Assembly (NCBI RefSeq): GCF_030028105.1
Contig: NC_092391.1
Coordinates: forward strand, 15,597,223 to 15,661,222
From: Mobula birostris
Taxonomy: Eukaryota
Length of the DNA stretch: 64,000 nt
Reading direction: 5' to 3'
The notes below the pieces were generated by a model that worked only from the letters and a program-made list of their open reading frames with translations, was not told where the DNA came from and searched no databases. Position 1 is the first letter of the stretch. Every line of letters starts with the position of its first letter. The position numbers were made by a program, and so were the translations under genes. Positions 49,467 through 61,500 of the stretch are shown piece by piece.

Positions 49467-49634
49467 CAATACAAACATTCTCGTCGTCTAGTTCAGCAGA
49501 GGCGTTGCGATAGTAGCCCAGTCGGCAGTGCTGGCAGTGCTGCCCCCTGGTGTTGTGTTTGCAGCTAACGCAAGTCACGATCTTCAGATACTCTATGTAA
49601 CTGCAGCGATTGGAGTGTCCGTAGCATTCACAGT
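49467..49634 (-). CDS. NTNG2: Netrin-G2-like internal coding exon (laminin-EGF repeat), 168 nt, phase 1-1
   Basis: Reverse strand reads ttttag|AC TGT GAA TGC...TGT ATT G|gtcagt, giving [56 protein letters not shown]. This closely matches the netrin-G LE repeat as recalled from vertebrate NTNG2. Not in the ORF track. Confidence 0.93.
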
Positions 49635-50732
49635 CTAAAATGGAAAGTGGAGAGAAGGAAGGAAGGAAGATGAAGATAAATCAGAACCAGTGTAACTTCA
49701 ATACAGCTAGTTCTTGATAATAATTATAGGGATAGAAACGGGGTAATTTACAACTTAAAACAAAAATGCTGATCTGCAAACTCTGAAGAATCTCAATTTC
49801 CGAACCAGCTTGTTTCCAAAATAGGACATTTTGCAAAATAAATGTAATGAATTTGTGTAAGTATTTAGTGCATAGGAAACATCGAAAGAATGGTGAAATA
49901 AATAATTAATGAACTTTAAAAAAAATGAAACAGAATGAAACGAAAGATGTAAATTTTTCCACAGTGTTCCTTTTTGAAAGCAGTAGTTAAGTTTAAACCC
50001 CACGTAGCAAACACAACATTGCGGGCGGCCTTTTCCATCTGTAGGCAGTGCACTCCGGGAAGATGAAGACCAATAATTGTTTGACACAATGAATAGATGA
50101 TCTTCTGGTTGATGACAAAGCTGGTAAAATCCCGATGAAGGGTCTCAACCCGAAACATTGACTGTTTGCTCATTTTCATAAGAGCTGCATAACCTGCTGA
50201 GTTCCTCCAGCAGTTTGTATGTGTGTTGCTCTGGATTTTCAGCATCTGCAGAACCTCTTGGGTTAACAATAGGGCCCGTTCACAATGGCAGGAACTCCAG
50301 TGAGATGGTTTGGCTTGGGGAGGGAGGAAGGAGACAGAGAGTAAAAGAGATCAGGAAGAAATCAGGCCTGGGACAACTGAGAGCGGCCGCCATCCTTCCG
50401 ACCAGTTTCCCACCATTCCTTTCCATTTTCATGGGGGGGGGGGAATACAGAACCAGGTTTGAGACAAAAACAGAGGATGAACCACTTACCTTCACTGGGT
50501 CTCTCACCAGGCAAAAATCAAATCCACAAGCAGAATTTTCAACTTGCTGTTCTAAAACAGTCACTTGCAATTTCAATCTTCAGACGCTCAATTCATTACT
50601 CGGTTAACAGGCATACTTTGTTTCAAACAGAATAAATAAAGGGTTTCGGATGATCAAAAGCCCAGGGGGCACATAATGTATTCTGTTGCGTATTCTAATT
50701 CATTGCTTAGATTGCCAAACACATAATATATA

Positions 50733-51142
50733 CAGTACTATGCGGAAGTCTTGGACACATGCAAAAAAAAATCTGTAAAGCAAAGGTGCTTACAAAAATA
50801 ATGAAAAGTGTCTACGTATCAAAAATTACTATAAAGAGCTGTAATCGGTGTTTTAAAAAAACTAAATCAAATCAATAGTTGTTGTGACCACCTTTAAAAC
50901 TGGTTCAATTCTCTTCGGTACACTATGCTGCAGTTTTATAAGGAATTCGGCTGGTAGGTTGTTCCAAGCATCTTAGAGAACTCGCCACCGTTCTTCTGCA
51001 GACTTTGGCTATCTCAAGTGCTTCTGTCTCTCCAGGTAATCCCAGACAGCCTCGATGATGTTGAGATCAGGGCTCTGTGGAGGCCGTACCATTTGAGAGC
51101 GTATAAAAAATCTAGGGTGCCTAAGACTTTAGCACAGTGCTG
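50733..51142 (-). mobile_element. Tc1 family B non-autonomous transposon
   Basis: TA|cagtactatgcggaagtctt ... aagactttagcacagtgctg|TA. Reverse strand gives PPQSPDLNIIEAVWDYL, the C-terminal catalytic motif of Tc1 transposases, with stops. Confidence 0.85.
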
Positions 51143-51549
51143 TATAACATATACAGAATACTGTATTCTTCACAGCCTTGTCTATATCTTTTGGGCTATA
51201 TATTTATAGTTCCATAGCTGGCTCAGGAATAAAGAACACTGTGGTCTGAAAGATTCCCTGGTGCGTGAAGCTGAGCCTCAAACTGTTTTTAATTTTTCTT
51301 CAAGAAATTAAAGGACAATTCGGTTTTGAAGTAGGAAAGCCCGGTTGGGGGGGGCATTCAAGAATAAAACAGAGGCCATTTGAACAGTCCATCAGTGATC
51401 ACGTCACTTCACAGCCTTTTCAGATTTAAACCTGACCATACTGCTAAAAATAAAGTTCCTGGTTTGGAAATGATGGCACAAAGTGAGTATGAGATGATTT
51501 GTTGCATCTGACCTGCTGGGAGACACCCATAACCTCAGTTATGGTTAGC

Positions 51550-52020
51550 TAGTCCAGAGGAGGTTCACGGACTTGAAAGGGTTAACGCGAGACGAGCGTT
51601 TGATGGCTCTGGACCTATACTCGCTGGAGTTTAGGGGGTGGTGGGGGACTCAGTAAAGCCCATATAGTATTGAAGGGCTTAGACAGAGTGGACGTGAAGA
51701 GGATGTTTCTTATAGTTGGGTAGTCTAGCACCAAAAGGCACAGCTCAGAACAGAAGAACTTCCCTTTAGAAGAGAGATGAGGAGCAATTTATTTAGCCAG
51801 AGGATGGAGAATCTGTGGAATTCATGGTGACTGTCAAGGCCAAGTCACCGAGTATATTCAAGGCGGAGGTCGGCAAGTTCTTGGTTAGCAAGGGCGTCAA
51901 AGGTTACAGGGGAAGGCAGGAGAATGGGGTTGAGAGGGATAGTAAGTTAGCCATGATGGAATGGCGGTGCAGAGTGGACGGGACGAATCGCCTAATTCTG
52001 CTCCTATGACTTATGGCCTG
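51550..52020 (+). mobile_element. CR1 3' fragment
   Basis: LDRVDVKRMF..IFKAEVGKFL and the cctaattctgctcctatg end. Confidence 0.82.
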
Positions 52021-53586
52021 TTGGAACGGAAATGAAGGTCTAAAATTTAGACCGCCCTAGTATTCACTGGCTACCGATCATAGTTGCAAATAGAAGGGGG
52101 GAAGTGAACAAAATCTAACACACAGAATAACTGTGAGACAATGTAAATGATGCAGTGTCAAACGCTGCTCCAGTATACGTGGACTACTCAACATCGACTA
52201 TTCTAATTACTTTCCTACCTTTAACACTCCCCTGGGTTGCTTCTGTGTTTGACCTTGGTTGCGACTGAGGTAATTTTTTCACTTTTTCTGGTGCTTGAAA
52301 AGTCAAAACAAAAAGTCTTCCATTGTTATCACCGCATGTGATGCTTTAAGGCAAGGTGAGGTAAATAACCGGAAATAAAATCAACAGTCCACTGGCTATA
52401 TATGGCAGCAGGAATAACAGGCGTGAGAGCTATTAAGTGGTAGATTATTCGTAATTAAGAGAAAAGATATTAGAAAATAAGATTGTTGGGGTACTTTCCA
52501 GGGCAGAGATCTGGCGAAGCGAACGTCTTATAGGTGGATTTGATTCAAATGAATGGGAGTACAAATGAGCGGGGATCTGGAAAGCGGAGTTGGCAAAGAT
52601 AATCTTCAGTGATAACGTGAACACCGCGGCTTCAGTGGTCTCGTACCATCGCAAAACTGCACGATTAAGTCTTAGCAAACACACGGTCGGCTGAATGGTG
52701 ACGCCCTGTGTTGTAAACATGACGCACGAAATGCTAAGTCACATTCGAGTTTATCGTTATATGCACAAGTAAATGGGAAAAGCTCACTTGCATCAGCATC
52801 ACATGGCATCATTTAACGGGACAAGGCTGAAATTTAAATACTGTGCTTAATTATTCCTCTTTTGCTGAATAAATTACCATGTTCCGTAAGCTAGATTTTA
52901 CAATGCGATTTACCATTCTACACACAGGCTGGGCCACGTGTCTAGGGTGCTAAACCCTTGGCCCTTTGAACTTAATTGCCTTTCACAACAGGGCATTTAT
53001 GGCGGCGGGGCCGGGGTTACATTGATGCCAATGGTTGGTGGTGGGGGGGGGGGCGTTGGGGTGTTAATACCGACGTGCATCACAAACTAAGTGAGGAACA
53101 AGTAACTTCTGAAACTTTGCCACATCTCCCGACCGGAATTGAGCTTCACTCGAGCGAACACTTGACGATAAAGATACACCATGTTTGGGCGTGAATCCAA
53201 ACGTAATTACTGCATATGCCCAATCCTTCCGGACATTTATTTAAAATAAAACAGGCCATCGTTTCTAAAATACGCAGAAACGTTTATTTATCCCCGAACG
53301 GACTTTTCAGGATTCAATTTATGAATTTGATAATCATTATCCCCAACAAATCCAGATTACAACAAAGTGTCGTTATCAACGGACCACGGATGAAAAAATG
53401 CTACTTATCCCTACTTTCCCCGAGTGTTTAGAAATATAAAAGGTTTCTTCATTTTGTCTTTGTAGCAGCATTATAACCCCGGTGTCAAATTCCCAAGCCT
53501 ACCCAGCGCGTAATAAATAACTGGTGGTGGCTTCCAGGGTTCATTAAATTATAACGTCACCTGTTCTACTAGAAGAAGCACGTTTT

Positions 53587-53795
53587 TAGACCATAGGAGC
53601 AGAATTCGGCCACTTGGCCCATTGAGTCTGCTTCGCCATTTCATCATGGCTAGTCCAATTCTCCTCTCAGACCCAATCTCCTGCTTTCGCCCTGCATCCC
53701 TTCACGCTCTGACCAAACAACATCTATCAACTTCTGCCTTAAATACACATAAAGACTTGGCCACCACAGCTGCCCGTGGCAACGAATTCCACAGT
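53587..53795 (-). mobile_element. CR1 3' UTR fragment
   Basis: accataggagcagaattcggcc...aacgaattccaca. Confidence 0.72.
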
Positions 53796-54689
53796 TTTTT
53801 AAAGAAATACAATTAATGAAGTACATTTAATTCGGTTAACGATGTGTAACTTGTTTGTACTTTTTAATTTGTATCATTATCCGTGCAATTCGCAGGGAAA
53901 ATCAGTTCTGCTACATTTAAAAGAGATTTAACTTTTTCTTTCAATAAGAAAATCTAAAAAGTGGACAAGAGGTCAGCCCGTGTTCTAAGCAACTCGCGTA
54001 GGGATTTTTCACTGGGGCTGAAAGGGGAGAGTTTAAACTAAATCCGGGATGTACTCGTGCTTTCTGATTGGATTGAATCTGTTTCCAGCATTTTCGGTAT
54101 TTGATTCGGATTCTGTATTTTTAAGAAACTGTGGCATCTACGTCGACACAAAAAAAATCGCTCAACACCACAGGTAGGAAATCGTAAGTCCTATGTTCAC
54201 AATAGTTTGAGAGGGCTAACGTCTCCGTTTACCCTGTAGCCGAACTCATCTCACGTTTAAGATGCAGCTTTTAACAAAAGACGGGAGCTTGCATTTCGTG
54301 CAATGGAGACTGGCTCTATTAAAATGTTAATAATTATAATTCTCCATTTAAAAGAGTAACTGAAGAGTCTAATTGTTTAAAATAACCCGAGGAGGCAGAT
54401 TAAATATCCCCGCCTTCACCTTTCCAAATGTTAATCTGTTGATAGTTTATTAAAACGTTTCGGTTTAATGCTTTGTTATTTATCATTTAGCAGATTGGAT
54501 CTGCGGTAAATGTCGGGAGTGTTTTAAGCCTCCTGAATCCTCGCATTAATATAACTATGTCCGACCTTTCTCTGTCTATTTTGCCATTTGATGTCCCCTA
54601 CCGCCTGCTTTCTGGCACCATGCCCGAGTTCGAAGATAATTTTGACTATGGGCGAAAGTGCACGACGGGAGAGGTCGGTCGCACCGCCC

Positions 54690-55020
54690 ATTATTTACCT
54701 CTCCGGACAGTCCTAAGTGTGATCGTGAGGAATGATTGGCAGTGGGTTCCTTGAGAGAATTAACTTCGCCACGGACGGTCCCAAGCTCGGTTGCGAAAGG
54801 AGCGGAGTTGGGCATGGGACTAACAACCCCATCCCGCAAAACCCAGTGCCGTAGAAAAGCCAACAGTAGCTCCAAGAAGTTGGGCTACTTGGGAGAGGAA
54901 GGATGCACAAAGAAGATGGGTGCTCTTGGGGACAACTTGAAAGACCGGCCCAGGACAGGGGTCTCTGTCCAGCTGCTGTCGGCAGCCTATGCCCCAGTAC
55001 AGGTGACAGGCTTAAGTGAG
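54690..55020 (+). mobile_element. RTE-derived bipartite non-autonomous element
   Basis: RTE 5'-UTR-like gtcccaagc.cgg..aaaggag.ggagttgggcatgggactaacaaccccatcccg.aaaa fused to an RTE ORF C-terminus-like AQDR..AAVGSLCP segment and a TAAG-type end. Confidence 0.6.
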
Positions 55021-55199
55021 TCGTTGGAGAAAGTGTAACCCTCAGTATTGGCTACTGCCACCTAATCAACTTGTAGTTTGTAAGATTCTGCTCATAGAAG
55101 AGCTTCTGAAACGAATGGAAAGCCTGCACTCAAACGATATTTATGACTAGAACAGACATGCTTCACTCTGCGGCATCTCCGATTTCAATCGTGTATTTG

Positions 55200-55773
55200 C
55201 TCAGTGCCCACTTTATTAGGTACAGAACCTTCTATGCCTAATAAAGCGGCAACTGAGTGTGTGTTCATGGTGTTCTGCTGCTGCAGCCCATGCACTGCAA
55301 GGTTCGACATGTTGTGTGTTCAGAGATGCTCTTCTGCACACCACTGTTGTAACGCGTGGTTATTTGAGTTACTGTCACCATGTCAGTTTGATCTAGTCTG
55401 GAAATTCTCCTCTGACCTCTCTCATTAAAAGGGGGTTTCGCTCTCATATCTGCTGCTTGCTGGATGCTTATATTTACGTTTAAAAAAAAATTGCACGATT
55501 CTCTGTAAAACTCTAAAACCATTCTGTGTGAAAGCATCAGGAGAACAGCAGTTTCTGAGATACTCAAACCATCTCCTCTGACAGCAACGATCATTCCACG
55601 GTCAAAGTCACTTGCATCACATTTCTTCCCCATTCTGATATCTGGTCTGAACGACAACTGGACCTCTTGACCATGTCTGCATGCTTCAATGCATTGAGTT
55701 CCTGCCACATGATTAGCTGATTAAATATTTGCACTAACAAGCAGCTGCACAGGCATACCTCGTAAAGTGGCCA
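55200..55773 (-). mobile_element. Tc1 family A copy 4
   Basis: ORF 55708-55265 MGKKCDASDFDRGMIV..GLSISETA..RTLQCMGCSSRTP with TIR remnants at both ends. Confidence 0.85.
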
Positions 55774-56409
55774 CCAATAGAGAAACTGGTGACTCTGGGG
55801 AAGAGTCGGGTATTTGTGGGACATCTGGATGATTATTATTGAGAGCGTCTAGCCTGTCATCAGGGTCAAGGTTGCTGGTGACTACTAATTGATCCATTTG
55901 TCATTAAGGGTGACAGAACTGTGACCTCTCCTAAATCAGCCCGGGAAATGCAAGGACAGTTTTATGAGAAATGTCTGCTTTAATATGAAACCTAATAGCT
56001 GCTTGATTTCAGATTGGACATTCTTCTAGACTAGGCTACTTCTTTTCCTGTCTTATTAATCTTATCAATTTTATAAACAGTGCATCTTAAAACTGCACTA
56101 AATTGACACATTTACCTACTATCTCTCAGTTAAACGTGCAATTTAACTTCTGTTACAGAGAGGCTCTGCATCTTCCACTCTGCTTTGCAATTCACTCTGA
56201 CAGGTTGATAGAGCAGATTGGATTTAACTGACAGCATCTAAAATTTATGTCAGTGATTCCCACCAGTACAAGAACTGTTTCAGCTTGGCATATTGTTGCT
56301 TCTTCCCTGTATCCAACGAGGCCACATGGTGTCACCAAGTATCTAACAAGGCAGCAGTCAATTAAAGTTCAATATAATAATTGGGGAAAATTACATGCAC
56401 TGAGACTGT

Positions 56410-56670
56410 AAGGCATACAGTTGGAGCAGAATTAAGCTATTCAGCCCATTGAGTCTGCTGCACCATTACATCATGGCTGATTTATTAACCCTCTCAACAC
56501 CATTCTCTTGCCTTCTCCCCATAACTTTGATACCTTGACAAATCAAGAGCCAATCAACCTCTACTTTAAATATACACAGTGACTTGGCCTCCACAGCTGT
56601 CTGTGTCAATGAATTCCACAGATTCCTCATCTTCCGGGTAAAGAAATTCCTCCTGATTTCTGTTCTAAAG
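56410..56670 (-). mobile_element. CR1 3' UTR fragment
   Basis: ggagcagaattaagctattcagcccattgagtctgc...gaattccacagattc. Confidence 0.72.
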
Positions 56671-57034
56671 CATGCTTGTACACTTTAGTTTGTGACAATA
56701 GTTGCCTATTGGAGTAGAAACGGAGAGATGATTGAAGCACAAAGTGGTGTAGTGCAAGCACTTATCCCACAGATGACTCAGAACTAATCCATATGTGTCT
56801 GATTGAGATTACAATGATATAGGGAATAAGTGAACTCGGAATGGTCTGATATTACCATGTTTAATATTGATCTACTATAAATCGGAAAATTCAGCTTTAA
56901 TTGCTAAAATTTTCTTTCCCACTATTAAGCATACTTCATCAGAAGCTCTCATACCCCTGAGTCAACCTCCTTGTTACACTGATGGATAACTTGTAACAGT
57001 ATTGTTTACCATTACTTCCATCTCAGAATACTGC

Positions 57035-57720
57035 TTAGAACATAGAACAGTACAGCCCACAATGTTGTGCCAAACCAGCTAAAAAGCAAATCAAAAATAC
57101 CTAAACACCAATCCCTTCTACTTAAACAACGTCCATATCCCTCCATCTTCCTCACATCCATGTGCCTATCCAAACATCTCTTAAAAGCCTCTAATTTATT
57201 TGCCTCTACCACCATGCCAGGCAGCGCATTCCAGGCATCCACTACTCTCTGAGCAAAACACTTACCCCTCACATCCTCCTTGAACCTACCCCCTCTCACC
57301 TTCAATGCATGCCCTCTGGTATTAGACATTTCAACCCTGGGACACAGGTATTCCCTGTCTACTCTATTTATGCCTCTCATAATCTTATGCACCTCTATCA
57401 GATCTCCCCTCTTCCTCTGGCACTCCGGAAAAAAAACAACCCAAGTTTATTCATCCTCTCATGATAGCACCTGCCCTCTAAGCCAGGCAGCATTCTGCTA
57501 AACCTCTTCTGCACCATCTCCAAAGCCTCAACATTATACAGTGGGGTGAACAGAACTGTGTGCAATACTCCAGATGTGGCCCAACCGGAGTTTTATGACG
57601 TTGCAACATAGCGCCATGACTTTTGAACTTAATGCCTCAACTAGTAAAAGCAAGCATTCAATAAGCTTGCTTAACCGCCTTATCGAGCTGGAATCTTTAG
57701 GTGAACTAGGACCCAAGAGA
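57035..57720 (-). mobile_element. CR1 3' fragment
   Basis: KIMRGINRVDREYL..TRGHALKV..QRVVDAWNALP; (TTCTATG) tail. Confidence 0.85.
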
Positions 57721-58289
57721 CTGCAGATGCCAAAATTTGGAGCAAAAAAAAAACTACTAGGAGAACTTAGCAGATAAGATAGCATCTGTGATGGCAAAGG
57801 GATAGTTGGCATTTCAAGTCAAGACCCTGGATCAGGATTTAAGGCTTTGATCATCCTTTTGCCTCCACAGATGCTGCTTGATCTAATGAGATCTTCTGGC
57901 ACTTTTGTTCTTGTCACTCTGGATTTCTCGTGTGGCAAGATGCTGACTACTGGCAATTATCCAGTTATCCTCTGGGGATTGGGTAATTGTGCCATCATAT
58001 CGGTTCTTTACAGGTATATCTATGGCATTCCCTTCCACTTAATGGAATCTGTGTCACCCATGAAAAACAAACCAATTCCTCAGGGATTGCTCTAAATGAT
58101 CTACAGCTAATTGCCATTGCTCCTGAAGGTCTCTAAATTGAAACAGAATAGATAAGCATTTATTATCAGGTAACTCAGTGAATGCAGGGCTTTCTGATTT
58201 GTAACCAATTCACATTTTATATATTCACAGAACCTCACCAACAGAACATTGCACCACCCTCCTCCCTTCCTCAATGTGCCTATGAACTG

Positions 58290-58545
58290 GGGTTATACGG
58301 TAGCACAGTGGTTAGCAGAAAACAATTACAGTGCCAGTGACCCCGGTTCAATTCCATCATTGTCTGTAAGGAGTTTGTACGTTCTCCTTGTGACCGCGTG
58401 GGCTTCCTCTGGGTTTTCTGCTGTCCTTCTGCATTCCAGAGATGTACGGGTTAGTAGGTTAATTGGTCACGTGGGTGCTATTCGGCGGTGTGGGCTCGTT
58501 GGGTCAATAGGGCCTGTTACTGCACTGTAAATCTCAAAATCTAAA
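58290..58545 (+). mobile_element. HE1/V-type SINE
   Basis: A box tagcacagtgg, B box ggttcaattcc, V-domain and gggcctgtt..tgcactgta end. Confidence 0.78.
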
Positions 58546-61500
58546 AATATACACACATTATGCCAGTTTACACTTGCTTCAATTCTAGAAAATAGTTTTA
58601 ATTTTACCAATCATAAGAAATGGAATCTTAGGTTTAATTTCAGTTGACAGAAATGTAGTAATTATTTAACTTGTTATTTTAGTCACAGGAACCAATCTAT
58701 TTAATATTATGACTCCGTGTATATCAGAGCAGATTTTGCCTGTTAAAAATGTAGTAATTTCCATATTTAATTTAAATGATTACAAATGTCTATTAGACCA
58801 TTTAAGCCACTTTAGAAAATGGCAAAGTGAATCTGTGAATTAGGATTTTAAATGCGAGATTATGTCTGGTGCCCTTTTAAGAAAAACCATTGCTCATTAT
58901 AAGATGCACCAGTGCTCATAGAAGGCATTCATATTATCAGCAGGAACTGGAGCTAGGAAAGAATCTGAGAGGCAGGGATTAATTTGTCAATGAACTTGTC
59001 TCCTGGGATAGTGCTCAGCCTGCCCTGCATCTACTCCCTTCATTACTCATAGTGTAGGCCATGACCTTCTCATGTCGCATATCACTGTTGATCGTTCAAC
59101 AAGCCTGAGCCTCTGTCTCCAGTGTGGAACCTCGTACAGCACCAGCAACGCGGTAGACGAAGGAGTCAGTGAGGGATTTTCCTCCTAATGTAGATGAACA
59201 AAATGATTGAATGTGGCAGAAAGGAGTAAGATCTGTTTATCTGCGGAGGGGTAATTGATTTATTTAGTGTAGAGGTGCAGGCAGAGAAAAGTATCTGTTG
59301 TACAATTGAGTATATCATTGTTACAGATAGAGCTCTGTTAAAACTAACTATCTAGGGGCTTCATGTTTGTTACCGTGTAACTTTGATTTCTTCATGACCA
59401 GACAGTGGCAAATCATCAAGATATCCCCTAGCAGTGAACAGAGTCGTTTCAGAGTCAGATCATTAGGGTGGGATACTTTGTAGAAGAAAAATATTCCACT
59501 GGGGAGAACAAGACCCTCGGTGTGTTGAAAATGTGTATTCAGGTTTTACCCACTGAATATAAAGTGATCTGCAATAATAAGAAGCCATGAGATTCATACC
59601 CAGAGGAGAGAAAACCTGCTGAATACTGCACTTTGTGGATAAAACTGCTCACTTAAAGATATTTCAGAAGGAAACGAATCCATTAACTGTTATTACAAGT
59701 AAATCTTCCATTTTCATTCACTTAGCCGAAACATCTGTTATCAGATGTTCACTTGAGTGGCTACTCAGACACATCTCTGTTAATACTAAGTATCTAGGAG
59801 ATCAATCTATGTTTAAAATTAAGATTTAGAACAAATAATTATTGTGCTTATGTCACTGGTCAGAATCAATAACTTAATATAATCTCACCTTTCTTGATTC
59901 CTTGTCTGGAGACTGATCTCTGTCCTCCTTGTAAACAAGCAGTGGACCGTCATATAGATACAGTGTGTCAGGTACGAGCATTGTAAATTGAAGACTCTAT
60001 CAGTAAGATAATTTCATTCCACAAGAGAAGCAGCTATTGCTCTTTTTTTTTGCAAACTAGGCAATCCAATCTCATAATTCACATTAAAGGATTATGGTTT
60101 CTCTAAGTAATTACACTAAATTAAAATATATTCTACTTGAATTTCTGTCAGTATATTTAATTATTAACAAGAATCAGTTTCCATTTATATAGCACCACTG
60201 ATATAGACCTCAGTAACCCAGAAAAGCATTATCAGCAAAGCACAGAAAGGGATGACCAAAAGTTTGGTCAGAGATGTAGGCTTTAAGGACCACACTTAAG
60301 AGGGAAGGAGACTGGAAAGTTCTGGGAGGAATTGGTTGCCAAGGATGCTGTAAGGACAGAAGGCCAAAAATGGAGGAGTACAGATCTCTGGAGTTGGAGG
60401 GAGGGGAGAGGCACTGAAACTGTTTGAAAGTGGTTGAACATTTTAACTGGAAGCTAGTATGGATAACACAGCTTGGGACGAGTGACAGAGGAACGTGATA
60501 GTACAACTTAGGACACACGCAGTCAGGTTTTAATCTGCCTATTCTAATCCAAAACAATTTCATTATGCCGTATTAGTACTTTGTAAAATGTAAGTATTGC
60601 AAAACATAGGTCTTGCCACAAACCAACTATCTTTTGATGACTTCAATTAACTAATACCATCTCTGCAACCAATTTAATTGCTAAAATTTATATTACACTT
60701 GATGACCGAACGATTGGTGATTTAGCCATGTAAAGGGATCAAAAGGCATTTAAAAGTTTTTATCCTAAGGTACATGTAGCAAATTGTGTAGGACTTAGTC
60801 ACAGAATAGCTAATGGTGTTGTACTTAGTGTATAAGTTAGATGATTGTGTAGTAATGGAGAAGTGTATAAGGTGTTAGTCAGACTTGCAGAGCAGTCCAG
60901 TAAGTTGACTTTGTATGGGAACATTTCCTTCAGAGAATTATTCTTGGCTGCATATCCATAGGGAACTCACCTAGCAACAGGGTCACTGTTGCGTATGGTT
61001 GATACATTCCAAGAATGCAGATAAATCACAGATAATTGATCACTTGACAAAATATATATATAACCTTTAGAAGAGACCCAAATATAGTGCATTTTAACTC
61101 TTTGGCAGAATCTGGATTGGACCATTGAGAGAAATTGGAATTCGAAAAGTATAAAGGGAATGGAGATATGATTAAAAAGAAGAAAATTGGGGTTATAGGG
61201 AAATGGTAGGAGAGTGTCAGCTGATCTCAGTGGGGCCACACAACACTGAAATGGGATAATCGCATTCAACTGTAGTGGCTCTGGCTGGGGTTGTGTGGGT
61301 GCAGACTTCGAGCAGGCACAGAAGTCTGCGTGGCTGTGATGATGTCCTTGGTGGAATTGCCTGATGATGTTCCATTTCTGACCTGGCTTTCAAGGGACAA
61401 CGTAAAATTAATGAAAGTAATATAAAGCAGAAGAAATTATCTGCACCTTGAATAAGCTACACGTAACGGGTTTTAAATTCTGTCAAAGAGCATGGAAACT

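Noticed and set aside
50490-50551. 62-nt intronic segment with ttttag acceptor and AAG|gtaagt donor in NTNG2
   Set aside because: The length is not a multiple of 3 and it ends in phase 0, incompatible with the phase-1 next exon. The pyrimidine tract is short. At best a poison exon, with no support.
52445-52720. 91-aa minus-strand ORF as a possible NTNG2 alternative exon
   Set aside because: No netrin-like motif, and the best acceptor (ctttccag) gives a stop in phase 1.
60170-60500. Possible ancient L2-like LINE 3' remnant
   Set aside because: Too degenerate to support by eye; needs a profile-HMM search.
61230-61382. Ser/Thr/Pro-rich exon-like minus-strand stretch
   Set aside because: Weak acceptor and no matching donor; not distinguishable from chance.
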